A DNA stretch of 64,000 nucleotides from a bacterium (GTDB lineage: Bacteria; Hinthialibacterota; Hinthialibacteria; Hinthialibacterales; Hinthialibacteraceae). The notes under the pieces were generated by a model that saw nothing but the letters and a program-made list of their open reading frames with translations, was not told the origin of the DNA and ran no database searches. Made by a program: the position numbers and the translations under genes. This document shows, piece after piece, positions 21,609 through 31,509 of this stretch. The first letter of the stretch is position 1. Every line of letters begins with the position of its first letter. The DNA is taken from assembly GCA_963662285.2 (NCBI GenBank), contig CAXXMV010000008.1, positions 1,408,001-1,472,000 on the forward strand, read 5' to 3'.

Positions 21609-22193
21609 CTAATTACTATTGGTTTTAGTATAGTTACCATCTTCCGGCGTCAGGGGGAACAATCTATTTACAGTTGTTAAGAGGTCCTGCACAACCAAAT
21701 CTGGAAACTGATCGGAGTTTCTCAGAATTTGCATTGTTTTATATGGTTTGCCAGTTTTGACAAAACCCGTTTTACACCCGGCAGCCCATCCTGCCCGTAA
21801 ACTTAATATATCGCTGGTAATAAAATAGGTCTCAGATAATACAAATCCAAACTTTTGCTCCGCCATTTGGATTATTGCTGGATCAGGAAATCCATTCGAT
21901 TCTCCACCGGGACCATTTCCGGAACAAGTTAATATCTCTTCAACCCGCCCTCCTTCCTCATCAATAATACTCATCATTTTTTCATGTATTGCATCAACGG
22001 TAGTTCGATCAATCTTGCCAGGGAAAAACTTGCTTTGATCGCTTATAATTATAGGTTTAACGCCTTGTTGCTCCAGATGAAGCAATGATTCAGAAACAAA
22101 CGGCAGAACAAGGCAGTCCTCTGGTTTTGCTATACCCTCATCAGTACGCACAGTAATAATTCCATCACGTTCAATCAGCAGATATCGATCCAT
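21609..22193 (-). CDS. HAD-IIIA GmhB/HisB-like protein with degenerate active site
   Basis: Overall GmhB-like pattern, but motif I is ERDG instead of DRDG; overlaps the recF 3' end by 23 nt. Confidence 0.75.
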   Translation of the reverse strand: MDRYLLIERDGIITVRTDEGIAKPEDCLVLPFVSESLLHLEQQGVKPIIISDQSKFFPGKIDRTTVDAIHEKMMSIIDEEGGRVEEILTCSGNGPGGESNGFPDPAIIQMAEQKFGFVLSETYFITSDILSLRAGWAAGCKTGFVKTGKPYKTMQILRNSDQFPDLVVQDLLTTVNRLFPLTPEDGNYTKTNSN

Positions 22194-23277
22194 TTTTCAC
22201 CTTGAAAATTCTGGCTGGCTCTACGCCAGCTCCGAGATATTCACGATCCGTAGCAGTGACGATTATTTGCCCTGCAGGATCAATGTGACGCCAAAAACGC
22301 TCACGCCTATTATTATCCATTTCATGGATTACGTCGTCAATCAATAAAAGCGGCCAACTACCAACGCATTCACGGCAAAGACGCGCCTGAGCAAGACGCA
22401 AAGCCAATACCGCCGCCCGGCGCTGTCCTTGAGAACCGAATTGCCCCAGGTTTTTACCAGCCAGTATTAAAAGCAAATCGTCTCGATGAGGCCCGAACTG
22501 ACTGCTGCCGCGTTCAATTTCCGACTGTTGAATACGGTTGAGTTTATCACGCAAATGTTTTTCAATAATGGCAATATCATCTTCAATATGCAGCGAATAC
22601 CCCACTTGAAACGGACCATCATCCGCTAAAACCGCGTAATATTCCTCAACGTATGGCGCCAGTTGGCTTATGGTTCTGGTGCGTTGAGCAATCACTTGCG
22701 CTGCGTAGGAAACAAACGAAAGATTCCACACTTCCAGTTCCTTATCTCCAGCAGCGCTCCTTTGCTTTTGAAGACGTTTCAAAATCCAATTCCGTTGGCG
22801 TAATGCATGACGGAATTGCTGTAATAAATGTATATATGACGGATCGATCTGGGCAATAGCAATATCCAAAAAACGCCGCCGGTCCTGCGGACTGCCGCCG
22901 ACGATGGAGAGGTCTTCAGGAGCAAAGAGAACCGTACGCAACTGGCCATATAAATCGCCAACCCGTGGAAGCGTAACTCCATTGATTTTTATAACTTTAC
23001 GCTGTTTTTCCAAACCGCATTCGATAGTGCGTTGTTCGCCTCCGTCATCTACTACTCCCCGAAGAAAAGCAACTTGTTCATCCCAACGGATCAACTCTTC
23101 CTCACGCCGGGTTCTATGGGAAGTGGAAGTAGATAGAAATAAGACCGCCTCAACCAGGCTGGTCTTTCCCTGGGCATTCAGCCCCAGAAACAGTTGCATA
23201 CCTGAATCGAGAGCAAGCGAAGTTTCCTGAATCATACGGAAATTGCGAACGAGCAGTGAAGTTAAAAGCATGGACAT
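22171..23277 (-). CDS. recF: DNA replication and repair protein RecF
   Basis: NFR, GLNAQGKT, VLFAPEDL..GSP..RRRFLD, GPHRDD, GSQGQ, LLIDD. Confidence 0.97.
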   Translation of the reverse strand: MSMLLTSLLVRNFRMIQETSLALDSGMQLFLGLNAQGKTSLVEAVLFLSTSTSHRTRREEELIRWDEQVAFLRGVVDDGGEQRTIECGLEKQRKVIKINGVTLPRVGDLYGQLRTVLFAPEDLSIVGGSPQDRRRFLDIAIAQIDPSYIHLLQQFRHALRQRNWILKRLQKQRSAAGDKELEVWNLSFVSYAAQVIAQRTRTISQLAPYVEEYYAVLADDGPFQVGYSLHIEDDIAIIEKHLRDKLNRIQQSEIERGSSQFGPHRDDLLLILAGKNLGQFGSQGQRRAAVLALRLAQARLCRECVGSWPLLLIDDVIHEMDNNRRERFWRHIDPAGQIIVTATDREYLGAGVEPARIFKVKNGSISAD

Positions 23278-23312
23278 ATTTTATAAATAAATTTTGCAAT
23301 CATAACAATCAA

Positions 23313-23813
23313 TCAACACATTTTACGAAGCGCTTTAGGAGGTAATAACCAAACCAATACTCCCGAACCGCGCACTGGATTCCCGAAGACATCCACCCTA
23401 CAAACTGCGCCTTTTTTCATCTCAATATCCGATACTCCCGCCCCGGTGACCAGTGTTGATATAATCTGGCTGAAATCAGGTTCATGTCCGGTAAATCCAA
23501 CTCTGGCATATTGAGGATTCTGTTGAATAATTTCTAGAATAACTTCATAATCCGCCCCCGGCGCCAAAAAATCAACTTCTTCAATCAGCGGTTGCTCTTC
23601 ATAAACGCCAGCGACGATATCCGCCGTCTGACAGGCGCGAACATATGGACTGGTAAAGATAATATCTAAATCCGGTACAATTCTTTTCAAGCCTTGAGCG
23701 GCCTTTTCCATCTTTTGAATGCCTTCGTCAGTCAACCAGCGTTCCGCATCAGATTTTAACGAAGGGTCCATGCGATCAACAGCAATAGCATGACGAATAA
23801 AATAGAGTTCCAT
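23313..23813 (-). CDS. sixA: Phosphohistidine phosphatase SixA
   Basis: MELYFIRHAIA, R.LT.EG, SPYVRA.QTA, GHEP, MKKG. Start at the ATG at 23813. Confidence 0.9.
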   Translation of the reverse strand: MELYFIRHAIAVDRMDPSLKSDAERWLTDEGIQKMEKAAQGLKRIVPDLDIIFTSPYVRACQTADIVAGVYEEQPLIEEVDFLAPGADYEVILEIIQQNPQYARVGFTGHEPDFSQIISTLVTGAGVSDIEMKKGAVCRVDVFGNPVRGSGVLVWLLPPKALRKMC

Positions 23814-23923
23814 GGCATCACTCTTCCGGTATTTATTTATTCTAATACTCACTCCATACAACTCATTTAGGTCGCGCCTCTCGTGGGCGCCCGAATTACC
23901 CAACTCCCAAGATTTTCTAAATA

Positions 23924-25540
23924 TTATCCCTGCTGAGATTGCCTTTTGGCTTTACGCGCTTCGCGCTCCGCTTTAATGCGTTCGAGTTCAATGCGTTCTT
24001 CTTCATCGCGTTTTTTCTTGGCTTCTTCCAGTTCGATCAATCGTCCAAACATGCCGCCGCCCCGCAGTTTATCCTTAACCTCATCAGCGAAGGGAAGGTT
24101 ATGCCAGAAAAATTCACGGAATCTCTTTTCCAACTTAGGAATTCGTCTGGATTCACTCATAACCCAAAGGGTAAACGAATCCTGGAACCATTCTTTGAGG
24201 TCTTTGCGCTGCTCTTTTTTATTGAAGAGAGCGATCCATTTCCCAGTCATTCCTTCGGTCAACCAATAATGCATGGCATCCGCTTTGGCGTATTCCCAGC
24301 GATAATCAGATAAACCCAGGATCAGAGCTTTTATACTTGAACGGGGAGGAAAAGCGCTAATGCAAATCCGGGGGCCTGTGTCGCCTTTTTTACCGGGCGT
24401 GTAAGGCTCCCAACAACCAGCCCGCTGACCATAACCCGGATTAATGATAAAAAGCGGTTTAACCACAGATTCCTTACCCTTATATTTTCTATGAAACATT
24501 AAATGATCGCAGGGCAGAACCTCTTTCATGGCTGTTTGAAGCCATTTACGGTTCACTATGGGAGTATCCCGGCTGGGATTACAATAATCCTGCGCCAGAA
24601 TGGTAATCATGTTAGCGCGCGGACCAACGCACATGCGCTGCATTTGAGGCACAGTCATAACCTCATAAGACAAGGCCACTGCGCCGGTTGCATGGGGATC
24701 AGGCTTTGCGCCGCCCAAAGACATTTCATCAATAGTGCTGTATTTCAACTCGCCGCGGGATATGGCTTCATACCATTCATCAACGAAATAGATGCCGGTA
24801 TCCTCAGGCTTACTTTTATCCATATAGAGTTGTTGCCAGACATCCATCTTATCGGCCATAAGTTTTTCGTCCAACATGCCATAGCGCATACACAGCCGTT
24901 TTTCCCAGCACAAATTCTCTCTCGCCATTCTTTTAGCCATGTTGACGGTCATACGCCAATACACGCTGGTGAGAGACAACATGATATTACGCCGTTTATC
25001 AGGTTCGCATTTATCCAGGCTATCCAAAAGCGCTTTAACTTCATCGATTTCTTCTTCTCCATCCAGCACAGCGCTTAAGAACTCTCCCGCTTCAAAATTG
25101 ATCAATGGTATAGGAGGAGCGGCTTCCTCTTCCTGCGCTTCAGCTGTGATCGCTTCTTCAGTCTGATCAGGTATAGGGATATCAGGTGAAGGAGGAGGTG
25201 GAGTTTCTTCTGTTGGGGGAAATAATTCCATCGATGTAGTTTTAGCCTGGACTGCTTGTTTGGCCCTTTCATCAGCGCCCAGGTTTGCTTTTTTAATGAA
25301 TGTTTTGGTACGCTCTTCGAGAGGTTTGGTTTTCAATTTGGGTTGGGCAATAGCAGATTCAATAGCGCTATTATCAGGTTTGACAGATGGATCGCCATTC
25401 CCGTTAGTAATAAGATCAAGGTCATTTTTCAATTTGTCTATTTCAGCATCACGTCTTTTCAAAACAACCTGATATTTCTTAATCTTGACCTCAAGACTTT
25501 TTATATATTGCACCAACTGCTCACGCGTCAAAGGCGGCAT
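23924..25540 (-). CDS. Hypothetical protein (coiled coil, Pro/Glu linker, globular C-terminal domain)
   Basis: 538-aa ORF with AAGGA SD; heads the sixA-recF run. Confidence 0.8.
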   Translation of the reverse strand: MPPLTREQLVQYIKSLEVKIKKYQVVLKRRDAEIDKLKNDLDLITNGNGDPSVKPDNSAIESAIAQPKLKTKPLEERTKTFIKKANLGADERAKQAVQAKTTSMELFPPTEETPPPPSPDIPIPDQTEEAITAEAQEEEAAPPIPLINFEAGEFLSAVLDGEEEIDEVKALLDSLDKCEPDKRRNIMLSLTSVYWRMTVNMAKRMARENLCWEKRLCMRYGMLDEKLMADKMDVWQQLYMDKSKPEDTGIYFVDEWYEAISRGELKYSTIDEMSLGGAKPDPHATGAVALSYEVMTVPQMQRMCVGPRANMITILAQDYCNPSRDTPIVNRKWLQTAMKEVLPCDHLMFHRKYKGKESVVKPLFIINPGYGQRAGCWEPYTPGKKGDTGPRICISAFPPRSSIKALILGLSDYRWEYAKADAMHYWLTEGMTGKWIALFNKKEQRKDLKEWFQDSFTLWVMSESRRIPKLEKRFREFFWHNLPFADEVKDKLRGGGMFGRLIELEEAKKKRDEEERIELERIKAEREARKAKRQSQQG

Positions 25541-25823
25541 CTCATTATCCTTCCCTTACTTCCAACCATATAAACTGAACACAAACATCGAAGCATGGAA
25601 AATAGTATACCATTAAGAAAGGATTTATTGAACGCAAAAAGCAAAATGAAATATGAACAATTTACCCTCTCCCAATCCAAATATACTATTGACGACCTCC
25701 AAAAGGAAGCAATGAATCACTTCTTAGTTATTAAAGACTCATTACAATACATAAGGACGCAATTTCAAGAACTACTCTAATTACCAATTATAATTTAATT
25801 CTACCGGAGAGATAAAACCTTTC

Positions 25824-28271
25824 ATGAATAAAACTATTACTTTGCTTGCCGCAGGATTATTTTTGATCAGCATAATTCTACTGATATCAATACTACTTTT
25901 GTTATCATCCGATGAATCCGCCATAGAATCTGTTTCTCGGTCTTCACAGTCAGCCTCAGGCGCCATAACCGCTTCGCAGCCGGACAGCGCGCCAGAAGAA
26001 CTCTCTTCACTCAAAACCAGCGCTGAAGTTTCAACCTTTACCATCGTTTGTCACATCAAAAACAGCTCAGACCAATCAATGGAGAATGCCTCAGTAACGC
26101 TAGAATCCATACCGGGATCAACTTATCAACATTCCGCATCCACCGACGTCATGGGAGTATGCCGCTTGATCGCGCTTCATCCCGGCCAATATAAGTTGAG
26201 CGCCAAAGCCGAAGGATATACAGCCGCCGAAGAAACTTTAACTATATCGCGGCATACTAATCGTAAACAACTGCGCGTTTTGGTTTTACAGCCGCCCGCA
26301 TATACCCTATATGGCAGGATATTATCCCATGACAATACGCCAGTATCAGGCGCCAGGATATACTGCGCTTCCACCGCTTCAACTCAAACATCTTTCATTC
26401 CAGAAACAGAACAATTCAGTCAAGCCTCTCCCCATGCTGTTTCTCAACCAGATGGTTCATTCATTATCAAAAACCTCGCCTCCAGTAGTTATCTGTTATA
26501 CGCCACAGCCGATGGTTGTCTGCCCAACTATAAGAAAATCCAGATCAAACATGATCACACGGAAATTACCCGCCTGGATGCCAAAGCCCGTTTAGATGGC
26601 ATTATTAGAGATCAATGGAATAGAGCCGTCGCTAACGCTACTGTTACTATTTCCAGCCAGGGCGATGACGGAGTATTCAACAAAACCGTTATATCACAGG
26701 CGAATGGATGCTTCAAAATACTCGGATTACCTCCTCATAATTCTACACTTACCGCCTCAGCGGATGGATACCAGACCAGCCGGAAAGAAATCGATATTTC
26801 TCTCTCCGGCCATAACACAAATTTAACGCTGGATGCAGCATCCATAAGCATTACCGGAAAATTGATTCATGCAGATACAAAACAACCCTTGGAGAACATT
26901 TCTCTTGAACTATACGATTATCGAGTCGGCGCCGCTCATCCCACTCTGGTTCAAAAGATCATCAGCAGCGCCAATGGTTCTTTTCAATTCAAAGATGTGA
27001 TTCCGGCAATATATACCATCCGGTTTGACCAAACGGATCACCGGCAATTCGTTCCACATGCTATCTCTTTACCACTCTCACTGCGTAACATTTCCAATGT
27101 TGTCTTTGAGATCGAGCAATATGGAACAGCAACAGGTAAGGTGACGGATCAGCACGGACAACCAATCGCCAATGCTGAAGTTGAGTTATTGACCAACAAT
27201 TCAGACCTGACTCGAGTTATGACCGACCAGCAGGGACGATATATATTTCCCCGGCTATCGACCGCAAGACAAATCAAGCAATCAGAAGAAGAGTCAGGAC
27301 GATTGATGGCCAGCCATCCCGATTACGCGGCAGGATGCAGCGACGCCTTCAAATTCAAAACCGGACAAAATCTGGAAAATATCGACATAACACTGAACCA
27401 AGGCATATCCATCAACGGCAAGGTCTTCAGCCAGCAAGCCAGGCCGATTCCAAACGCTTTGGTATTTTGCCAATCATTCCCAAAACGCGGCGACCGGCGT
27501 GAAACATATACCGATAATAAGGGGAATTACCTACTTACCCATATCCCCCTGAAATCGTTAGACCAAAGTAGTTTTACATCCATTGGCGCCAGCGCTGATG
27601 AATACGAATTGCTAATTCACACAGTGGAACTCTCCGGTCAGGATATTAATGGGAGGAATTTTGTCCTGCGCAACGCAAAGGAACTGGCAGGTCAGGTTCT
27701 TTTACCCGATGGCTCTCCCGCAGCAGGCGCCAAACTGATGCTAATGGTTAAGGACGCTTATCCGAAGATTACCTCATCGGATGATAATGGTTGCTTTCAA
27801 TTCAAGAATATCCCCGAAACAAGCGAAGCGCATATTGCAGCGCTATATGGAGAGTCCCGTTATCAATATCCCGCAAAACTGCGCGAACAAAGAGATATGT
27901 TCGGCTACGGAGCTTATTTCGCTTATAAAGCATCGTTACAAGCGGGCGATAAAAATATCAGCATCCGGCTCCAACCGGAAAACGGCGTCATAGGGCAGGT
28001 AAGTGATAATGATAGCAGCGCACCAATTACTGATTTCAGGGCGGTATTATCATACCAAGCGCCCGGCTCTTCAAATCCTCTCACATGGTCAATAAGAAGC
28101 GGCCAATGGATCAGCCCAAGTCCAGGTGAATTCGGTTTTTCAGCGCCGTTAATAGGAGAATTTACTTTAACCATTACCAGTGAAGGATATCGCCGATATC
28201 GGAGTAAAATTAATTTTGAAGAAAATGCAATAGTAAAAACATTAGATATTAAATTAAGCAAAATAAACTAG
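25824..28271 (+). CDS. Membrane-anchored protein with carboxypeptidase regulatory-like (beta-sandwich) repeats
   Basis: N-terminal TM; repeated G.V.D..G.P..NA.V ... TD..G.F/Y units. Confidence 0.85.
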   Translation: MNKTITLLAAGLFLISIILLISILLLLSSDESAIESVSRSSQSASGAITASQPDSAPEELSSLKTSAEVSTFTIVCHIKNSSDQSMENASVTLESIPGSTYQHSASTDVMGVCRLIALHPGQYKLSAKAEGYTAAEETLTISRHTNRKQLRVLVLQPPAYTLYGRILSHDNTPVSGARIYCASTASTQTSFIPETEQFSQASPHAVSQPDGSFIIKNLASSSYLLYATADGCLPNYKKIQIKHDHTEITRLDAKARLDGIIRDQWNRAVANATVTISSQGDDGVFNKTVISQANGCFKILGLPPHNSTLTASADGYQTSRKEIDISLSGHNTNLTLDAASISITGKLIHADTKQPLENISLELYDYRVGAAHPTLVQKIISSANGSFQFKDVIPAIYTIRFDQTDHRQFVPHAISLPLSLRNISNVVFEIEQYGTATGKVTDQHGQPIANAEVELLTNNSDLTRVMTDQQGRYIFPRLSTARQIKQSEEESGRLMASHPDYAAGCSDAFKFKTGQNLENIDITLNQGISINGKVFSQQARPIPNALVFCQSFPKRGDRRETYTDNKGNYLLTHIPLKSLDQSSFTSIGASADEYELLIHTVELSGQDINGRNFVLRNAKELAGQVLLPDGSPAAGAKLMLMVKDAYPKITSSDDNGCFQFKNIPETSEAHIAALYGESRYQYPAKLREQRDMFGYGAYFAYKASLQAGDKNISIRLQPENGVIGQVSDNDSSAPITDFRAVLSYQAPGSSNPLTWSIRSGQWISPSPGEFGFSAPLIGEFTLTITSEGYRRYRSKINFEENAIVKTLDIKLSKIN

Positions 28272-29354
28272 TTATTTCTTGCCACCAATGCCTTGCTTTA
28301 CCCATTCCCAAGCCAGCCGGGGATAATTTGATTTACCGAAAAGGATGCTGGCGGTCAGAAAACATTCATGGGTGCATGAGCAATTAGTCTCAATGATCCA
28401 CTCACGGCAACGCTTCGCGTTTTCAGAATGCCATAATTTATAGAAGTCGGAATGCGCTTTTATGACATTTCCCAGATAGGGATGGGGATTGATTACTCCA
28501 CTGGCGGAAGATAACTCCTTGTCGAGCATTTCGCAGAGATAGACGTCTCCATCAGAATACATTACCCCGATAGCAGAACCGGCCAGACAGGGTATATCAG
28601 ATTTCCCCCGTTTGTCGATTTGTTCTATAGCCTTGCGGGTTAAACGGTTTTTGGCCCTCTGAACTCCCGCTTTCCACGAACGGTCCCGATCCAGATGATA
28701 TCGCTCGCATTTCAAAGCGAATTCCCGGTATTTATCTTCTGCGACATTCAACAGAGATTGATCGCAAGTCTCGCCCCGCACATGGTTTACCGAAAGACGA
28801 TCTACTCCCCACGAGGCAGTCTCATCATACAATGCATCCAATTCATCCTGATTGGCGGCAGTGACTGTCATTACGATGGAAGTTAACAAATTCGGGTGAC
28901 GTTTTTTACATTCCAATAAGGTTTCCACAGTTCGATAAGCATTATCGAAGGCGCCATCCAAGCAGCGGATTGCGTCATGCGCCTCTTTCAATCCATCAAT
29001 TGAAACGCCGATATCCACCACCAGACCGGGGCATAGCGTGAAGAGTTGATCAATGGCTTTCTCTACCCATTCAGGACGGGAACCATTAGTTATTATTCCC
29101 ATCCGCCTGGTATTGGATAACTTATAAAACGCATGCAGCGCTTCGGGCAGGTCTTTACGCAGAAAAGGCTCGCCGCCAGTGACGCGCAGAAAGGGTAAAG
29201 ATTTTATGCTAGCCGCAACTCGTTCTATTTCCTCAAGTTGCATATCCTTATGCTGGTTTATATCATTGATATAGAAGCAGTGACTGCACCTCATATTGCA
29301 GCGGGAAGTTATATAGAATATGAGATATTTAAGATATGGATTATTTATATTCAT
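28272..29354 (-). CDS. Radical SAM protein with SPASM/twitch-like C-terminus
   Basis: CNMRCSHC, TGGEPFLR, SIDG, C-terminal CLAG...GDVYLC...CSCTHEC. Confidence 0.92.
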   Translation of the reverse strand: MNINNPYLKYLIFYITSRCNMRCSHCFYINDINQHKDMQLEEIERVAASIKSLPFLRVTGGEPFLRKDLPEALHAFYKLSNTRRMGIITNGSRPEWVEKAIDQLFTLCPGLVVDIGVSIDGLKEAHDAIRCLDGAFDNAYRTVETLLECKKRHPNLLTSIVMTVTAANQDELDALYDETASWGVDRLSVNHVRGETCDQSLLNVAEDKYREFALKCERYHLDRDRSWKAGVQRAKNRLTRKAIEQIDKRGKSDIPCLAGSAIGVMYSDGDVYLCEMLDKELSSASGVINPHPYLGNVIKAHSDFYKLWHSENAKRCREWIIETNCSCTHECFLTASILFGKSNYPRLAWEWVKQGIGGKK

Positions 29355-29376
29355 TTTAATTAATCAATAATTCTTC

Positions 29377-29490
29377 TATAGCGGCTAACAAAAATATATG
29401 CGCATTGAAAACTTTGGATTTGTTAAAAGTCCCATCTTTTGGGGACTTTTAACAACCGCATAGATGTACGTAGTTTTGAGAATCGCTCTA
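29377..29490. repeat. ~114-bp MITE-like element, copy D (different interior)
   Basis: TATAGCGGCTAACAAAA ... TTTTGAGAATCGCTCTA; internal hairpin TGTTAAAAGTCCC...GGGACTTTTAACA. Confidence 0.65.
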
Positions 29491-29516
29491 AAGAAGAAGG
29501 CGGCATAAGCCGCCTT
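29491..29516 (-). terminator. Intrinsic terminator after the amidase
   Basis: AAGGCGGC-TTAT-GCCGCCTT followed by CTTCTT on the minus strand. Confidence 0.65.
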
Positions 29517-29557
29517 TCCTCGAATAAATCTATTGTATGCTATAAACATTAAGCCGA

Positions 29558-31213
29558 CTATTGAACACGAATTTTGTCGCCGGGGAAAATTTTTGGATTC
29601 TTGGCTGTAAAACCATTTAATCGCTTAATTTTCAAAACCGAGGTACTGTATCTTTTAGCAATCTTATCCAGGGAATCCCCCGATCTTACGGTATAATTAA
29701 GTTGTTTTGCCGAAGCAACGCGAACATTTCCAGAAACAGGAACTTTAATTCTGTTGCCAGGATAAATTTTGGGATTTTTGGCGCTGAAGCCATTCAAGAC
29801 TTTCAAATTTTGCACAGTGGTATGAAAGTCACGTGCGATTTTATCCAACGAGTCTCCCGATCTTACTTTATAAGTAGAATAACTTGAGGTTGAGTTGTTG
29901 GGAGTTGTTTTTTCCGGAGTAGGCATCGCCTTTGGATAAGGTTTCTGCAAAGCGGAGGGATCAGCGGCGATGAAGACTGGTTTTGAAGGTTCAAAGAGAT
30001 GCTGGCAAACGCCTTTATAAACCGCTGCGGCCATTTGGGTTCGATAACTATCGCTACGAATCAACTCGTGATCATCTTTATGGGAAATATAAGCAAACTC
30101 AATCAGAACTGATGGCATTTGCAGATGCTTAATAACGACGAAACCCTTATGCGACAACATGGGATAATCCAAAATCGGCATCCAGGGCAGTTTCTTAATT
30201 TCCTGTGTTATAGCGCCAGCCAGCAATACATTCTTTTCAGGAATGCTCTCCTTGGTCAATTTAGTCATTAACTCCGAAAGGCCGTCAGCCTGTTTCACAT
30301 TAATAACCTTGCTCTCCCAATCTTCGATATCCGGGTTGTATGGAATATTATCGGCCTGATCATTGCCCATGTAATAGATCGAAAAGCCCCGCGTATTTCT
30401 TTGTTTACTGCGCACAATGGAATTCAAATGCAGCGAAAGGTATACATCGCCTTGATACTCTTTAGCCATTTGAACGCGATAGGAAAGAGATTCTCTGCGG
30501 TAATCATTTCTGGAATAACCCTTTAATCCAAATGGAACAGGTAAATAATCGCCATAGCGAGTCAAAAAAACCTTTGTCTTGGGATTAGTCATGAACTGCT
30601 TTTCCAATTGCCGGGCGATATCCAAAGCCATGTCTTTTTCTTTTAGACGGGGATATTTAGTATATCGTCCACCTGTGGCGCCAGAATCCCATGCACCATG
30701 CCCGGCGTCAATAACGACTACCTTGCCGCCATTATTCCTGAATTCCTGAATATCATCTTTTGTTGGGACTTTAGCATGATTAGGGATTTTGAGAGGCAAA
30801 TCGATGGTAACAAGATCAGACCATTTATGCCAAACCATTTTAGACAGGTCTACAGACTCACGGCATGGAATGGTTAAGGTTAGAACACGTGAAGAAGAAC
30901 TGTAATTAAGATCAATGTTGTTTAACAGGACTTCGCTATCAACGGGAAGTTGGTTTGGCTGAGAACCCTGATTAACACCACTAAGTTTAACGGTTAAAAC
31001 CGGGTAATTACCGTTGGATTGACGCTGAATATCGACTTTACTGGCGCCACCGGATAATTCGAGACAGATGTGCGTATAATAGACGTAATCGGCGACAATA
31101 ATTTCATTTAACGCCGAAGTCCTTACACGACCTTCCACATCTCCCGCAAAAAATGGGAGCAATAAAGTCAGCATCAGAAGACGTTTCCAAAGCTGAGTAT
31201 ATGACAAGTGCAT
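29558..31213 (-). CDS. N-acetylmuramoyl-L-alanine amidase (Amidase_3) with two LysM domains
   Basis: IDAGHG, KEK, SLHLNS, VLIEF; two Y.VRSGDSLDKIA LysM repeats; signal peptide; GGAGG SD before the ATG at 31213. Confidence 0.93.
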   Translation of the reverse strand: MHLSYTQLWKRLLMLTLLLPFFAGDVEGRVRTSALNEIIVADYVYYTHICLELSGGASKVDIQRQSNGNYPVLTVKLSGVNQGSQPNQLPVDSEVLLNNIDLNYSSSSRVLTLTIPCRESVDLSKMVWHKWSDLVTIDLPLKIPNHAKVPTKDDIQEFRNNGGKVVVIDAGHGAWDSGATGGRYTKYPRLKEKDMALDIARQLEKQFMTNPKTKVFLTRYGDYLPVPFGLKGYSRNDYRRESLSYRVQMAKEYQGDVYLSLHLNSIVRSKQRNTRGFSIYYMGNDQADNIPYNPDIEDWESKVINVKQADGLSELMTKLTKESIPEKNVLLAGAITQEIKKLPWMPILDYPMLSHKGFVVIKHLQMPSVLIEFAYISHKDDHELIRSDSYRTQMAAAVYKGVCQHLFEPSKPVFIAADPSALQKPYPKAMPTPEKTTPNNSTSSYSTYKVRSGDSLDKIARDFHTTVQNLKVLNGFSAKNPKIYPGNRIKVPVSGNVRVASAKQLNYTVRSGDSLDKIAKRYSTSVLKIKRLNGFTAKNPKIFPGDKIRVQ

Positions 31214-31509
31214 CCTAGGAGCCTCCAATCTTTACTTAACTCCTCCCAGGGAATCAGGAAATAACATAAGTTTCAATAGATATTATATATTTTCATCAAA
31301 TTACATAATTCAAACTAACATAGCACCTTTTCCAGATGATTACAATAGTAAAGTTATTATTTTTTTACGGTTACATCCTTCCGCTTGATGCTCTTTATAA
31401 GTCTTATACATATAACTACCCCCATTAGCGTATGATCGTCATATTATCAGTAAACTTAATTATTTACGGATAATAGCAGTATAGACATATTAAAAACGTT
31501 ATAATATTA

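Noticed and set aside
25595-25780. 61-aa ORF between divergent genes
   Set aside because: No SD or motif; lies in a likely promoter region.
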